Shown here: positions 29,519-39,900 of the stretch, one piece after another
Position numbering within the stretch: position 1 is the first letter of the stretch
Layout of the letters: every line of letters starts with the position of its first letter
Source: a virus
Taxonomy: Duplodnaviria; Caudoviricetes
DNA length: 64,000 bases
IMG/VR virus record: IMGVR_UViG_3300042691_006355
Location: 268 to 64,267 of that record
Direction: 5' to 3' (one strand)
Notes under the pieces: generated by a model
The model's database searches: none
Seen by the model: only the letters and a program-made list of their open reading frames with translations
Told to the model about the DNA's origin: nothing
Program-made: the position numbers and the translations under genes

Positions 29519-29649
29519 ATATTGCTTGTCTTTCCAAGCTGTCACGATTTTCCTAGTGTCAGACAATTGTTTTGCCTCTCATTACCTTACTAGTTTTGGG
29601 GAGTGTCTACCTGATTACACACATCCATTCCACCTTGCAGGGGAAAATG

Positions 29650-29721
29650 TAGTTCCACCTGGACTCGAACCAGGAATACAAGCTTAGAAGGCTAGTGTTA
29701 TATCCCTTTAACTATGGAACT
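29650..29721 (-). tRNA. tRNA-Arg(UCU)
   Basis: AGTTCCA/TGGAACT acceptor, anticodon loop CT-TCT-AA, T-arm CCTGG-TTCGAGT-CCAGG. Confidence 0.92.
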
Positions 29722-30125
29722 AATAAATAATCTTTTGCTAAGTTAATACCTTTTGTTTGATTGTTTTTACTTTCTTCAACTCTTAGAGTTACTGTTTTAT
29801 CAAACTGTGAAGGTATAACATAGTATACTTCGTTGCTTTCTGGACAATATATGGCAAGTAAATCAATAAGAGACTTATCTACTGCTCTTGTATGAACACC
29901 ATGTGAGTCAGAGTATGAACTTGAAAAGGATACAAAAACAGATCCTTTTCTTAATGTTCTATACTTAACAGAAACTCTCATTAATGTACCGTCAGGTTTA
30001 ACTGCAATTAAATCAAATGGTAAGTGTTCAGATAATGGTAAGCATATCTGAATTCCTTTTGATAATAGATCTGCAATTACATTACCTGTGCCCTTATCTC
30101 CTTTGTCTTTTGTATGGTGTTTCAT
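29712..30125 (-). CDS. PD-(D/E)XK homing endonuclease, I-Ssp6803I/PDDEXK_5-like, free-standing
   Basis: TKDKGD..., PLSEHLPFDLI, RVSVK, IDLLAIYCPE and LRVEESKNNQ motifs. Confidence 0.8.
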   Translation of the reverse strand: MKHHTKDKGDKGTGNVIADLLSKGIQICLPLSEHLPFDLIAVKPDGTLMRVSVKYRTLRKGSVFVSFSSSYSDSHGVHTRAVDKSLIDLLAIYCPESNEVYYVIPSQFDKTVTLRVEESKNNQTKGINLAKDYLLVP

Positions 30126-30180
30126 AGTTAATTGTTTCTATAAAGATACAAAATAATTATGAGACCACCAAATACCTAAT

Positions 30181-30211
30181 GTGTTGCTCTATCCAGCTGA
30201 GCTACGGGACC
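30181..30211 (-). pseudogene. 5' half remnant of a tRNA (Arg-type)
   Basis: GGTCCCGTAGCTCAGCTGGATAGAGCAACAC, stops before the anticodon loop; no matching 3' half nearby. Confidence 0.75.
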
Positions 30212-30216
30212 ATAGA

Positions 30217-30438
30217 CTATTTATCAAGTTTTATCTGATGATCATCTAGTATCTCGTAGAACTTGTTCCTAATCCTTTCTACCATGTCCCACTCTTTTTC
30301 ATCAAGTTCCTCGTACTTCCATAGCGTTCTAAGCTCTTGAGATATATCCCATAATGCTGAGTACATCTTACCACCTTGAACAGCAAAGTCAAAGTCAGAT
30401 TGATCTTCTGGCAGGTTAAATGTTAGTTTTGCTTTCAT
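30217..30438 (-). CDS. Conserved hypothetical phage protein
   Basis: MKAKLTFNLPEDQ family-like start. Confidence 0.7.
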   Translation of the reverse strand: MKAKLTFNLPEDQSDFDFAVQGGKMYSALWDISQELRTLWKYEELDEKEWDMVERIRNKFYEILDDHQIKLDK

Positions 30439-30468
30439 ATCATTTCTATTTAGTTAATGTGGCAAAAT

Positions 30469-30711
30469 TTACCCCTTATTCTTTATTGATTTGTTAAAGG
30501 TTTCGTTGTAGTATTGTTCACCTGCATTATCATTGCTGCCATCATACCATTTCATGCAAGCATTTTCTATCTGCTCTTTCTCCGTTCCTAACCTTGATTC
30601 AGAATCAGATATACATAAATTAATACAATTAACTAATGTTGGTGCGTTTTCTTTACATATGTCTAATGTAGCTTTTAACCACTCAATATGTTGTTGCATT
30701 GCTGTTTTCAT
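30469..30711 (-). CDS. MKxTA...EKEQI...YYNETF family hypothetical protein
   Basis: Paralog of 30713-30946. Confidence 0.6.
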   Translation of the reverse strand: MKTAMQQHIEWLKATLDICKENAPTLVNCINLCISDSESRLGTEKEQIENACMKWYDGSNDNAGEQYYNETFNKSIKNKG

Positions 30712-30712
30712 T

Positions 30713-30946
30713 CTATTCTGATTTAAAGGTTTCTTCCCAATATTCTTCAAATGTAAACCAATTTTCCTCAGCAATACCTTTGCCTTCAAATCTACCTGAT
30801 TGATGTGCTACATCCCAAGTTTCTTTGTGTTGATTTATTTCCATCTCTTTGGCTTGTTCAATTATTTGGTCAAAGGTCATATTTTCATACCAATACTCAT
30901 TGCACATTAGTTTCTCTTTAATATAGTCTACTGCTGTCTGTTTCAT
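30713..30946 (-). CDS. MKQTAV...EQAKEME family hypothetical protein
   Basis: Paralog of 30469-30711. Confidence 0.65.
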   Translation of the reverse strand: MKQTAVDYIKEKLMCNEYWYENMTFDQIIEQAKEMEINQHKETWDVAHQSGRFEGKGIAEENWFTFEEYWEETFKSE

Positions 30947-31102
30947 ATTAATGTGTTTTATAGCACCCAAAAGTGCATCAGTTTATCCTTTTTATGACAA
31001 GTTATTCCATCAATTATGTCGCAAGTATCTCCTATATTTGCGACAAAATAAAGTGTTTATAGACTTAAATTTTGTCAAGTTTTTTAAGCCTAAAAGTTGA
31101 CA

Positions 31103-31366
31103 TCACAAATTGTGATCTTTAGCGTCATAGTCCATTTCAATATCGTTAAAGTTAGGAATGTGTATACCGACAGCCTCTTGTAACGTGTTCCATACCCCCT
31201 CCGCGTGTGCACCCCAGTACATGTCGCACAAGAATCCTCCCTCATTGATGTGGTATGGTGGCTCAAGGAAGTATGACTGCCAATGATCATTTGGCTTAGC
31301 TATAAATCTCTTGCAGCTTTCTTTCATCGGGCAATCAGCCCCGTAGCATTTTGTTATATCGCTCAT
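31103..31366 (-). CDS. Small Cys-rich protein (possible Zn-binding)
   Basis: DITKC-x4-CP-x4-C...C motif. Confidence 0.65.
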   Translation of the reverse strand: MSDITKCYGADCPMKESCKRFIAKPNDHWQSYFLEPPYHINEGGFLCDMYWGAHAEGVWNTLQEAVGIHIPNFNDIEMDYDAKDHNL

Positions 31367-31424
31367 TTTATTTTAATTAAATTAAAGATGGGTAGCGTGA
31401 CTACCCACCTTGATTAGCAGTAGA

Positions 31425-31745
31425 TTAAAACGGTAACGCATCTTCCTCCTTCGCTGGAGACGCACTAGGCATCTCACCAATCGCCTCAATTCTCCAAGCC
31501 TCAATGTTGTTGAAGTACTTTCCGTTGTACTCTCGTCCACGAATTCTGAACGACACCTCAACCTCTTGACCCTCAACAAAATTGTCCAATACGTCAACGT
31601 TCTTCTGCGTTAACTGGAACAAGATGTCCTGTGGATACTGATCGTGTGGCTCGTTCAATACGAACTCTCTCTTTGTGAACTTCTCGCTCACCTGTACTGC
31701 TGGGTTTATAACCTTTAAAACCCCCTTCATTTTAAAATCACTCAT
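31425..31745 (-). CDS. DUF3127 single-stranded DNA-binding protein
   Basis: KFTKREFV, YPQ, F.IRGREYNGKYFN.IEAWRI; acidic tail ending in LPF. Confidence 0.88.
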   Translation of the reverse strand: MSDFKMKGVLKVINPAVQVSEKFTKREFVLNEPHDQYPQDILFQLTQKNVDVLDNFVEGQEVEVSFRIRGREYNGKYFNNIEAWRIEAIGEMPSASPAKEEDALPF

Positions 31746-32527
31746 TTGTTTTTATTGTTTAGGTAATTAAAATACATTCTTGCATAGTTCTCTGCCTTCT
31801 CAAGCTGGCTGTCCATCCAACTGATGTCGTCATCCGTCAGCTCTACTTTCACAATCGTCACTCTTAACGTGTCATCAAGATCGTCCATGTAGTGCAGGCT
31901 GTCGTTCTCGTTGTCTGATATCAGTTCCTCTGGCGTGTTGGTCAACACAAACGCAACCTCTCCATCTCTCCAATCCTTTCCTGTTGTCTTGCGTAGCATG
32001 TAGAGGTAGTGCTTGACCTGCCAGTCATACCCTGCATCCTTGACCTTCTTCTCGGCCTTCTTGACTGTCTTAGGCATTGTCTTCTTTGACCATGGGCTCT
32101 TGATGTCGATCACCTTCATTGCCTCCTTGTCGACAATGTCGGGGTGACCTACAGATATGCCGTACCTCAGCTCGTAGAACTCGTCAAACTCAGCCATCTT
32201 ATAGTGACTAGTAAAGAACAACCTGTTGTACACCTCGATTGAGTCGTCCTCAACGTTTGTACCCTTGGTCATCTCCTTGGTGCTGACGTGTGTTCTATAG
32301 TCGTACACCCTCTCGTCAATCATCTCCTCTATGTACGTCTTAGCACCCTCGCTCAAGTCACCTCCAGACATAAGCTTCATCTCAAGCTTTGACAGCTCTT
32401 CTTGTTGCTTGTCAGTTAGCTTTGGCCGTCCTCTGTAGTCCAACAGCTTCTCCATCTGTAGTGGAGTTAGTCCATCTCGTGTTCCGCTGAACAACGGATG
32501 GCATCCCGATGATCGTACATTAATCAT
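31742..32527 (-). CDS. YqaJ/lambda-exonuclease-like recombination nuclease
   Basis: RSS, KGTNVED, HPD, DIKSPW and YDWQ motifs. Confidence 0.85.
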   Translation of the reverse strand: MINVRSSGCHPLFSGTRDGLTPLQMEKLLDYRGRPKLTDKQQEELSKLEMKLMSGGDLSEGAKTYIEEMIDERVYDYRTHVSTKEMTKGTNVEDDSIEVYNRLFFTSHYKMAEFDEFYELRYGISVGHPDIVDKEAMKVIDIKSPWSKKTMPKTVKKAEKKVKDAGYDWQVKHYLYMLRKTTGKDWRDGEVAFVLTNTPEELISDNENDSLHYMDDLDDTLRVTIVKVELTDDDISWMDSQLEKAENYARMYFNYLNNKNK

Positions 32528-32999
32528 TGCTGAACATATTTAGTTGGTCCTCAGTAATTGTGTACTGCTTCCTGATCTTCTCGATCGTTGTTCTGCCAGA
32601 TTTCACAGCGTCAATAGCCTTCTCCAACTGATCTTCGTTCAGCATTGGTAGCTCCTTCTTAGGTAAAGGACGAGTGCTGAATCTCAGCGCATCGACCAGT
32701 CCTTGTGGAGACTTGACCTTCTCAGTTGTTATAACTATCTGCTTGCCTATGTATGAGCTAGGGTCAAACGATTCAAAGAATGTCTCAAGCCTCTTAAAGT
32801 TAGATCGGTTGCAAACCATAGGCTTGCTGAACTCCTTTAGCTTGATGAATACCTTGTCCTCCTTGCCCATCTCACCTACGAATGTGTCTTGGTATATCTT
32901 CTCGATAGTTACCATCTTCGGCTCGTACTTGCCGTCAACCTCCAAGTCCCACGCTCCGAGGTACTTGTTGTCTTTCATTAGATTTCTCCAGTGTGCCAT
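32520..32999 (-). CDS. Hypothetical recombination-associated protein
   Basis: HWR...YLGAWDL; sits with exonuclease and SSB. Confidence 0.55.
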   Translation of the reverse strand: MAHWRNLMKDNKYLGAWDLEVDGKYEPKMVTIEKIYQDTFVGEMGKEDKVFIKLKEFSKPMVCNRSNFKRLETFFESFDPSSYIGKQIVITTEKVKSPQGLVDALRFSTRPLPKKELPMLNEDQLEKAIDAVKSGRTTIEKIRKQYTITEDQLNMFSND

Positions 33000-33016
33000 A
33001 TATTAAATTGAATTGA

Positions 33017-33412
33017 TTACAAAGTTTTTAATATTTTTTCTAATTTCCTAACGTATTTATCTTTTTTTTCCAACATTTTGTTTAATCTTTCATCAATTGT
33101 CTCAGATTCATACAAAGATTGGTCATCTTTTGCTAGATACGATAGCCTCTCGTAGAACTTTGCGCGAGTGTCACATGTGTCTACATTTACCTTGTAGCAA
33201 CCTGCCTCCCATCCTATGTGCTCAAAGAAGTACATCTGTTCATCTGTGATCGGCTCGTGGAAGTCGGAGGCCGTCATGACGTTCATCACCTCAATTCGGC
33301 CGTCCTCATCAAAGCACTCGATCTTCACACCATGGTCAATGTACCAAGAGCTGTTCATTGTTCTGAACACCCTGTTGTCATCGTTAGATGATATCTGCTC
33401 CCATGCTTTCAT
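33017..33412 (-). CDS. Hypothetical protein
   Basis: ORF track. Confidence 0.6.
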   Translation of the reverse strand: MKAWEQISSNDDNRVFRTMNSSWYIDHGVKIECFDEDGRIEVMNVMTASDFHEPITDEQMYFFEHIGWEAGCYKVNVDTCDTRAKFYERLSYLAKDDQSLYESETIDERLNKMLEKKDKYVRKLEKILKTL

Positions 33413-33413
33413 A

Positions 33414-34139
33414 CTACTTAATTTTTTTCTGTGTTAGCATATAACCATCGCTCTCGAACAAGTCAAACGTAACGTTATCACATTCCATAAAACAGCTTGT
33501 GTAACCACCGAACATGTTCTTTCTTATGTATGTAACGATTAATAACTTCTTGCCACTCTCATGTAAAAAGCTAGAAAATATTGGTGCATCTAGCTCGTAC
33601 TCAACAGTTGTTAGAGATGTGTCAATACCATTGATAGCCAAGACATATTTATGATTAAGTATGGCATCGTCCTTTGTTGTGAACCCTGCGCTGTGCATGT
33701 AGTGCACTGGGAACTCATTCATGGATATTGAATTATATCTATCGCTTAGAATTAACTTCTGAGCGAATGATCCGAACACGATGAATAGCATCATCATTGA
33801 TGTGAGTACGTTGCGTAAGATGGCATCGTACAGGTTTTCAGTTTTTAGATTTTTTAGGTACATGGTAACTTGTTTTTTATTTAATTTACGAATCGGGACT
33901 ATCTCATTTTTAAACTTAACGTGTAGCCGTCCCTTTAGGCTATCGTTAGTGTCGTAAGACCATACGGATATGTCTCTTGAATTTCTGTCGGGTATCACCC
34001 GAACTACCTCACTTATACCTCCAGAAACGGCGTACAACTTTTTCGTTACACTGTCGTGATGAAAGTCATACACATCTCCACTTGTACTCCTCAGTATCGT
34101 CCCATCGGGTGTGAGGATTTGATTTAGAATTATTGCCAT
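33414..34139 (-). CDS. Hypothetical two-part protein with internal hydrophobic/signal-like segment
   Basis: N-terminal TPDGTILRS domain; internal MMMLFIVFGSFAQ. Confidence 0.55.
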   Translation of the reverse strand: MAIILNQILTPDGTILRSTSGDVYDFHHDSVTKKLYAVSGGISEVVRVIPDRNSRDISVWSYDTNDSLKGRLHVKFKNEIVPIRKLNKKQVTMYLKNLKTENLYDAILRNVLTSMMMLFIVFGSFAQKLILSDRYNSISMNEFPVHYMHSAGFTTKDDAILNHKYVLAINGIDTSLTTVEYELDAPIFSSFLHESGKKLLIVTYIRKNMFGGYTSCFMECDNVTFDLFESDGYMLTQKKIK

Positions 34140-34293
34140 ACCATTATAAAATTATAGATTATTGAAAACATTGATATAAAGTTGATCAACAACAACGGAA
34201 GCGTTGTGAATTGTAACTTGTTGACCAAACGAAGCGCTAGGTAGTACGACAGAAACCATACGGCTGCCGATAAAAGTAAGTTTGTCATAGGCG

Positions 34294-35298
34294 TTATTTT
34301 TTTTGTTCGTCAATATAACTCAACACGAATCCAACTGCTACTAGTATGTTCATCCCCATGGATGCCAGTATCTCATATATGTCGTCATAAATGTTCACCG
34401 ATAGGTGTACATGTCCGACCATCCAAAACGGAATGCTTAGATTTTGGCTGACCCAAATGATGGTGTACCTTACTAGTTTGAGCATAGCTTCGGTGTTATT
34501 ATCTGTACTACTGCCTTGTCGATAGATAGGAAGACAACATCGTCAAAAACTAACTCGAAGAACATCATTGCCACGTCTTCGTTCGGGGCTACAACGTACA
34601 GCTTCTCTTCCTCTCCGTTCTGTACGTATCTTATCTTGTATCTAATCATATCTTTTAATGTATTTATATACTACCATTATACCCGATAATATAATAACTA
34701 ACGAAAGAGGAGCCCATAACGGAAGTGTTACGTACCACCATGACCAATTTATATAGCCCGTTAGTTTTAAAATCATGAATATTAAGAATAGGGTCATACC
34801 TAAACCTATTCCTCCCGATGAATTACTTTTATTGCTCATGTTAATATTTTTTAGGTTTAACCATTATCTGCATCCTGTCTAAAAAATCATTGAACTCTTC
34901 TTCGCTCACCCATTTCGGCTTCTTTATGTAAACGATTGGAGAGTGAACCGAACCCTTGTTATGATAAATTATCACAGACTTCCTTATAGACATGCTCCTG
35001 TCTATGTAATAACTTTCTTCTTTCATAGCTCTAGCTTTACTTCTGTTATTAAATTTCGCGAGTAGTACTCCTCGTCAGTGTAGTCACCTACCAAATATAC
35101 GGAGACTAGTGAATCTAACCAAGCCTGCCTGTTCCTGTACGACTCAACAGGCTCGTAGCTTAGATGTACGTCATACATCTTGCCATTGATTGCTACCGAT
35201 TGCCACTCGTTTGTATCCTCAAAGAATAACTCAGCCACCTCAGATTGCTCTACCGACAGAACTACTGACCGATAGAACGGATTAACTCTTGCTTTCAT
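34294..35298 (-). CDS. Cluster of small hypothetical and membrane proteins (34294-34485, 34642-34839, 34841-35026, 35023-35298)
   Basis: Tightly packed ORFs; 34642-34839 carries LKLTGYINWSWWYV.LPLW membrane motif. Confidence 0.6.
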
Positions 35299-35625
35299 TT
35301 GTGTTGGTTTTTGTTAATAGATGTTAAAAAATGTTGGTTTGTGTTGGTTTAGTGTTGATTTTTTTTTCTGAAACCCTTGATTCTATTGGGTTAGTGTTAA
35401 AATGTTAATTTTTATACCCTAATTCGAAAATAAAAATAAAATAATATATATATATAGTACTATAGTATAGTATATTACTATAAAAAAATTTCTAGAGTTT
35501 TTTAGGTCAAAAATTAACATTTCAACATTCTGACTTACAACTCGTTGTAAATCAGACAGTTAATCAGTGTTGATTTGAAAAAAAACTAACATTTTTCAAC
35601 ACAAGTCAACACTATTCTGTCTAAC
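35299..35625. other. Candidate replication origin
   Basis: Non-coding; TGTT(G/A) iterons in ~10-bp phase, inverted AACA copies, central (TA)n/A-tract core. Confidence 0.6.
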
Positions 35626-35913
35626 CTATTGATTGTCAGTTAGTTTCATTATATTTATGTACAGCTTCCTGTTTGATACGTATGAACGCATGTAGTTGTC
35701 GTGGTCGACCAATTGATCGATGTACTTGTCTACATACTTTCTGACATAGTGCTTGATTGATTCCAAGTCAGTGAACCTGTACACCTCAATCGTTCCTTCA
35801 ATAGTCTCCATGTCCTCCATACCTGCAAACTGGCCGAGAGGGAGGGAGTACACGCAACCACCCCACTCCTTGGTGTGCTCGCAAAATTTTATTAGGTTCA
35901 TCACAATCATCAT
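35626..35913 (-). CDS. Hypothetical protein
   Basis: ORF track. Confidence 0.55.
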   Translation of the reverse strand: MMIVMNLIKFCEHTKEWGGCVYSLPLGQFAGMEDMETIEGTIEVYRFTDLESIKHYVRKYVDKYIDQLVDHDNYMRSYVSNRKLYINIMKLTDNQ

Positions 35914-36134
35914 TTAAGTTCTACAATCGTTTCTAGGTTCACCATTCTGAATGCTCTCTTGTGCATGTCGAATACCACCATGAGATTCTTCTCAGATGGA
36001 CTGAACGACATGCCTACACCTTTTACTCCCTTTCGGACTCCTAGGCGAGCGACCATTCTTCTTGTTGAACCATCTTTCTTGATAAAGGTTACAGAGAAAA
36101 TCTTATTTCCCTTTGATAAAATTTGTTCTTTCAT
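35910..36134 (-). CDS. SH3/WYL-like beta-barrel protein
   Basis: FSVTFIKKDGSTRRM...VFDM.K..FR motif. Confidence 0.7.
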   Translation of the reverse strand: MKEQILSKGNKIFSVTFIKKDGSTRRMVARLGVRKGVKGVGMSFSPSEKNLMVVFDMHKRAFRMVNLETIVELK

Positions 36135-36300
36135 TCTTCTTTTAGTTTTAATCTGATTAGTATTTCTTCAACGGCAATCCATTGTGCCGTTACACGTTGG
36201 GTATACTCGTCACCCGAGCCGAATGCTTCTCTCATGGCATCCTTTAGTTCTCGCATCTCTAACTCGTATGCGAGAATGATTTTTGTCATTTCTTCTTGTG

Positions 36301-36924
36301 TCATTTTGATTTGATTATTAGTGGTACTGCAAACATTATTAGAGTCAAGGCTGAGAACATCATGTCAACGCCCTCGGTGTTTAGTGAAGGAATGAAGTAT
36401 GACAAGCTTAGCTTGACTCCTAGCATACCTATTACAGCGTATGATACCTTCTCCATTATTGGATTCTTTTCGATGATTCGAATAAACGTGGTGGTTGCGA
36501 ATCTGATTGCTACGATTCCAATGAACACGCCTAGTATGATGATGAGCATGCTGTCAGTAAACGATACCGATGCTAGTATGTTGTCGATAGAGAACACCAA
36601 GTCCATCATTTCGATCGATAGTACGGTCAACCAAAATGACTTTGGTGTTGCTGTGTGATTAGAATCATCGCTACCTTTGAAACTTTTGATGCACAGGTAC
36701 ACTAGGTACAATCCTCCGATGACCTTTAGCCATGACATGCTGATTAGAAACGATGCAATGAATAGCGCTAGTCCTCTGAACAGGTATGCACCTACTATCC
36801 CATAGGTTAACGCCTTCTTCTGCTGTGATTCTGGAAGTGTTCTTACCATCGTTGCCATTACCGATGCGTTGTCTATGCTCAGTACTATCTCAAGTAGTAC
36901 TATGTTTAATATGATTAGTAACAT
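36301..36924 (-). CDS. terC: TerC-family integral membrane protein
   Basis: LEIVLSIDNA, KKALTYGIVGAYLFR, IEMMDLVFSIDNILA, GVFIGIVAIRF. Confidence 0.88.
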   Translation of the reverse strand: MLLIILNIVLLEIVLSIDNASVMATMVRTLPESQQKKALTYGIVGAYLFRGLALFIASFLISMSWLKVIGGLYLVYLCIKSFKGSDDSNHTATPKSFWLTVLSIEMMDLVFSIDNILASVSFTDSMLIIILGVFIGIVAIRFATTTFIRIIEKNPIMEKVSYAVIGMLGVKLSLSYFIPSLNTEGVDMMFSALTLIMFAVPLIIKSK

Positions 36925-36926
36925 GG

Positions 36927-39900
36927 TTATTTGTTTTTATTTAGTTCGGGCATTCCTTCGTAGAAGTAGTCCTCGCAGTCGTTAACGTTTATATTCTTGT
37001 CACACGAGTAGCAATTTACTATCTCTTCGGTAATCCTGTGCAGGAGAATTGAGTCACACTTACAGCAGGTTACCATGTTGATGTTGCTTTTGTTTCGTAT
37101 CTCGTCCATTAGACTTATTTGATTTTTCATGGTTATTAAATTAGATTGATTAAAAATGATGAGACATCGTTCCATGTTGTTGTGGCGACTAACTCTCTTG
37201 CGTACTTCTCTGCATCGTTGTAGTCAAACTGATGCGTCCACTTGACAAACAGCTCGTTCATCCTGTTGTCGTAGAAAATGATTTGAAATTGTTTCATGGT
37301 TACTTTATTTTTTCGGTTATTATTTCAACTGATACGTCTATGGCATAGAATATTTGTTCTATTGTGTATTCATTTATAAACGCCATGTCTAACGCATGCA
37401 TCTTTTGTTCGTCCGTTAGTTCGTTGTTCTCGTCATGCACATCGTGAATGCTCCATAGGTTGTCTACATAGTACCCTGCCTCGCGGAGTACTTGCTTTGC
37501 TTTTTCTATCTCGTTCATGGTTTCTAGTTATTATAATAATTGTATTCAAAACATTCTCTTATTTCTCTTCCGTATGCCGTATCAAATCCATAGCTAGTCG
37601 TCATAGGAATGTCTCCTCGTCTCTCTATTATATAAAAGAACAAGTCCTTTTTATTTAGATTGTACTCCTTAGCTGTTTTGATTATTGCATAATACATCCT
37701 GTAGATGTCGTGTCTCATTGGACCATAATTACTAGTTATATAGTCAATTATGAATTTCTTACTTATTGTGTTTCTCATGGTTATAGATTTATTTCTTGTA
37801 TGTATACTCTCTCTAGTCCGTCATCAAGGTGTACCGAATAGTCCATTGGATGGTCTTCGTATGTGTACTCAACGAACTTGTGTTCTTGTATTGCATTTTT
37901 TATTTCAGATAGCATGTCAAACGCCTCAGCGAATGTTGTGAAGTAGTGGTGCTCGTTGTAGTCTAAGCAATCGAACACGTGGTGTACTGCAAAAATTGTT
38001 TTCATGATATTTGTGTTATTGATATTACTTCGTAGCCCTCGTATGACATGAGCCACATTACTTTTCCTTCGTTCCATCCTTCTACGATGAAACTACCTTG
38101 CTTTGTTATTACCCTGTACTTGTTCATATTATTCATCTTTATTAATGTCAACCATTACAACTGAATACAATCCACTTTCTTGTGCTTGTCCCCACATTTC
38201 TCTCAATTCTTCAATTTCTAACGGATTGTCGTTTATTCTAACTAATGTTTGTTCAGATGTCATCCAACCAAATAAATCATATTTCTCTGCTTGCTTGTTC
38301 ATGGTGTGTATATTTTCTTGTTATCAATTAGCATCTCTGCATACTCATGCTTGTCAACGTTGTTGCCGTTGTTGTCAATCCAATGTGGCATGACACGAGG
38401 GTTGTATGCAACTTGTCCTCGCATCCACATGTTCTCGTTGGAGTACATCACAACGTCCTCGGCCATAATCCATGCGCAAACAGTTTTGTTAGCGCCATCG
38501 TTAATTTTCTTGGCGGTAGAAGGATGATTGTGAAGTTTCCCGTTGATGATGACTGCGCTAAAATTTTCTGGCTCAAAGAACCACACGTTCTTGGTTGTTG
38601 TGTCCTCTATTCTCCACTTCATGTAGTTCTCACCTGCTCCGAGGTGGAATCTGATTTTGAATTTTCTTTTCATGGTTTCTAGGTTTATTTTAATATTTCT
38701 AATATTCGTCTAGCAACGTCTCTATCTTTTAATAATTCTTCAACACTAGTTGCTATATTAGAACTCGCATAACAAGATACCATTATACTATCAGCATACT
38801 TAAAGTAATCGCCAATTTTATTATGTTTATAGATTGATTTTGGTGCTGAAATGCTTATTCTAAGATGATATTCGTGATGATATTCAAGATGTTCTTTATG
38901 TTTTGCGATTTTGATTTCAGAACCATAATCGTCTTCCTTTTTTTCAACAAAGCCAATACCCATCAGTTCTGCACACAATCTATCGTAGGCATTTCTTCCT
39001 TCTTGAATTGCCATTTCGTGAAAGTATTCATTTTGTTTAGTGAGGACACGAATTGTCTCTTCCCATTCCTTCTTCTCATTTAAAAGGAAGGGTATATCTA
39101 TAAGCATCCCCATAGAATTGCTAGATTGGTTGTTTGATTTGATAAACTCATTAGTTATTGAGTCAATCAATTTGATTTGATTTTCAGTTAATTTATTCAT
39201 GATTTCTAGTTTTTTAATTTATCCTTTTTATTTTTAAAAACCTCAATATATTCATCATATTCCCTATGTGCTATTCTATCAGAATAATCCTTTTCAATTT
39301 TATCTAATAACTCTTTTTCATTAGAAGTAATTCTAATAACATTATCTTCTTCATTTGTATAAAAATCATATTTATTTGCATACTTTTTAAAACTTGATTC
39401 ATCAACCGAATCACCACCTGCGTATTCATCTGAAAATTTACTATCCAAAGTATCGTAATCGCCATTTTTGTAAATGACAAGTAATTGAATGTTGCTTATT
39501 TTTTCGCCTTCATAAATCATAGTTTCTGAATACTTGTCATATTCTTTTTTGGCTTTTGCCAAAGATTTACTTGTAATATCTCTTATTTCATCTCCATTTT
39601 CTAAATCAATATCAACGGAGTATTGTTCTACACCACCTTTTATTGAAGCAACTTTTTCTTGATATGTTTCCATGATTTCTAGTTTTTTATTTCAAATACA
39701 TCTACTATCGTTATACCCTTTCTGTTCATCATTGACCACCAATTCTGGAAGTGTTTGTCATCGTTGAACGTCTTTTTGTATGAGCGCACTCCACCATAGA
39801 ATGAGCGCTGTATTATTGCATATGTTATCATTTGAACATTGATTTTTTGAATCTGATTAGATGACCATCTTCGTATTTTAACAATTCGTCTACCTTATTT

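Noticed and set aside
29590-29649. HDV-like (theta) ribozyme at the tRNA 3' end
   Set aside because: Could not build the nested double pseudoknot by eye
29650-30211. Group I intron in a tRNA gene
   Set aside because: No space for a catalytic core, no 3' exon complementary to GGTCCCG, and the downstream tRNA is complete by itself
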